Positions 63,048 to 64,000 of a stretch of 64,000 nt of DNA are shown piece after piece. The first letter of the stretch is position 1; each line of letters starts with the position of its first letter. The DNA comes from Daphnia carinata (taxonomy: Eukaryota). Location of the stretch: assembly GCF_022539665.2 (NCBI RefSeq), contig NC_081332.1:5146001-5210000 (forward strand). Reading direction: 5' to 3'. A program made the position numbers and the translations under genes. A model generated the notes under the pieces. The model was given only the letters and a program-made list of their open reading frames with translations. It searched no databases and had not been told where the DNA came from.

Positions 63048-63722
63048 CTAAAATTCTGTGAATGCAAAATAATAGCATTAAAAATACTTTTTCAATAGAC
63101 AAAAAACCGAAAAGTACCTAATTCATGTTTTATGTTGAACTCGTGCCACATCTCGGTTTCCGTACCACACCCATTTTCGGCCCAAATACGGTCCCACAAT
63201 TGTTCAATTCCTTCGCTGCATGGACTTATTACTAACGATTCTTTTAGTGCAGCACTAACAGAATTTAAATTTAACACACTGTCAGGTGGTGGACTGAATA
63301 ACTAAACAAGAAATAATTGTTTGTTAAAATTCTATACTTATTTTGAATTCTTATTTGAAAAGGTTAGGTACCTGACTGTGTTCGACTAATGCCAACTCAT
63401 CCTCACGTTCAGTTAGGGAAGAGTTTTGAAAAACCTCCTTCACTGTTTGGAAACTGTTCCGTTCCAATTTGTTCTTGCCCCCTAGCTGAGCTTGTAGACT
63501 CAAAATTTGAGCTACAAAACACAAATGAATAAAAGCAAATAAATAGAATCATTACGTATTAGGCCTTACCATCCTTAGCTTTGCTGTTATCTAATATTTT
63601 GTGTTGTTCCAATAATTGGGCCTGCAGCTTCATAATTTGATCTAATAAACAATAATTAATAATTGAAAACCAATATAATAATGTTTATACTTACCATCCT
63701 TTTGTTGTAGTATCTTATCCAT
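63048..63722 (-). CDS. Mirror copy of the putative orphan protein, right arm
   Basis: Reverse complement of 59104-59778. Confidence 0.6.
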
Positions 63723-64000
63723 TTTTCAATTGTTCCTCCAGCCACGCGTTATTCTCTCCATCCACGCTACTGAACTAACTGCGAATGGCATCCAATGGAC
63801 TGAAATTGCCTACGCCAGTTATAACGAGTCTGAGCGGTAGATGGCTACGTGTCGGAAAAAAAGGAAAAAGTGGGATTTATTTTTTTTTTTTGGCGAAATT
63901 TTTTTTACAGCTATGGCCATCTAGCGGTCAAATTTGAATGAAGTCTCTCAACACAACTTTACATATTCTAGCCCTGTAAATATATAATTTTTTTAATTAA

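Larger units (their letters stand above)
58823..64000. repeat. Large inverted duplication: arms 58823-60947 and 61879-64000 (right arm runs off window), 931-bp centre
   Basis: Mirror ORFs with identical translations (59549/63277, 60153/62673, 60314/62512; coordinate sum 122826); only difference I noticed is a poly-A of 15 vs 12. Confidence 0.97.

Noticed and set aside
1..64000. CRISPR arrays, rRNA or prokaryotic systems
   Set aside because: Intron-rich eukaryotic DNA; no repeat-spacer arrays or rRNA motifs seen

Overview
Gene-dense eukaryotic DNA with many short (~55-90 nt) introns; gene content and compactness suggest an arthropod, probably a Daphnia-like crustacean (inference). About 20 spliced genes: RTN4IP1-like (partial), eIF2-alpha, an unannotated 4-TM gene, a claudin-superfamily gene, MBOAT7, a stargazin/TARP-like gene, adenylosuccinate lyase, a THAP protein, LYRM4, a PC1/3-type convertase, an SH2 adaptor, furin-2, RRM2, RpS26, visual arrestin, TBL2, a Cys-rich membrane protein, TRIM37 and NDP kinase. 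Two structures stand out. (1) An intronless REXO1/GOR-like DEDDh exonuclease sits inside a TBL2 intron, on the same strand and in splice phase with the TBL2 membrane-anchor exons, so it may form a membrane-tethered RNase isoform. (2) From ~58.2 kb to the window end is a nested palindromic element: a ~615-bp AT-rich foldback hairpin, near-identical inverted arms of at least 2.1 kb that each carry a small spliced orphan gene and a ~365-nt stem-loop-rich domain, and a diverged palindromic centre with three tRNA-like sequences. Gene models were spliced by eye, so ends may be slightly off.
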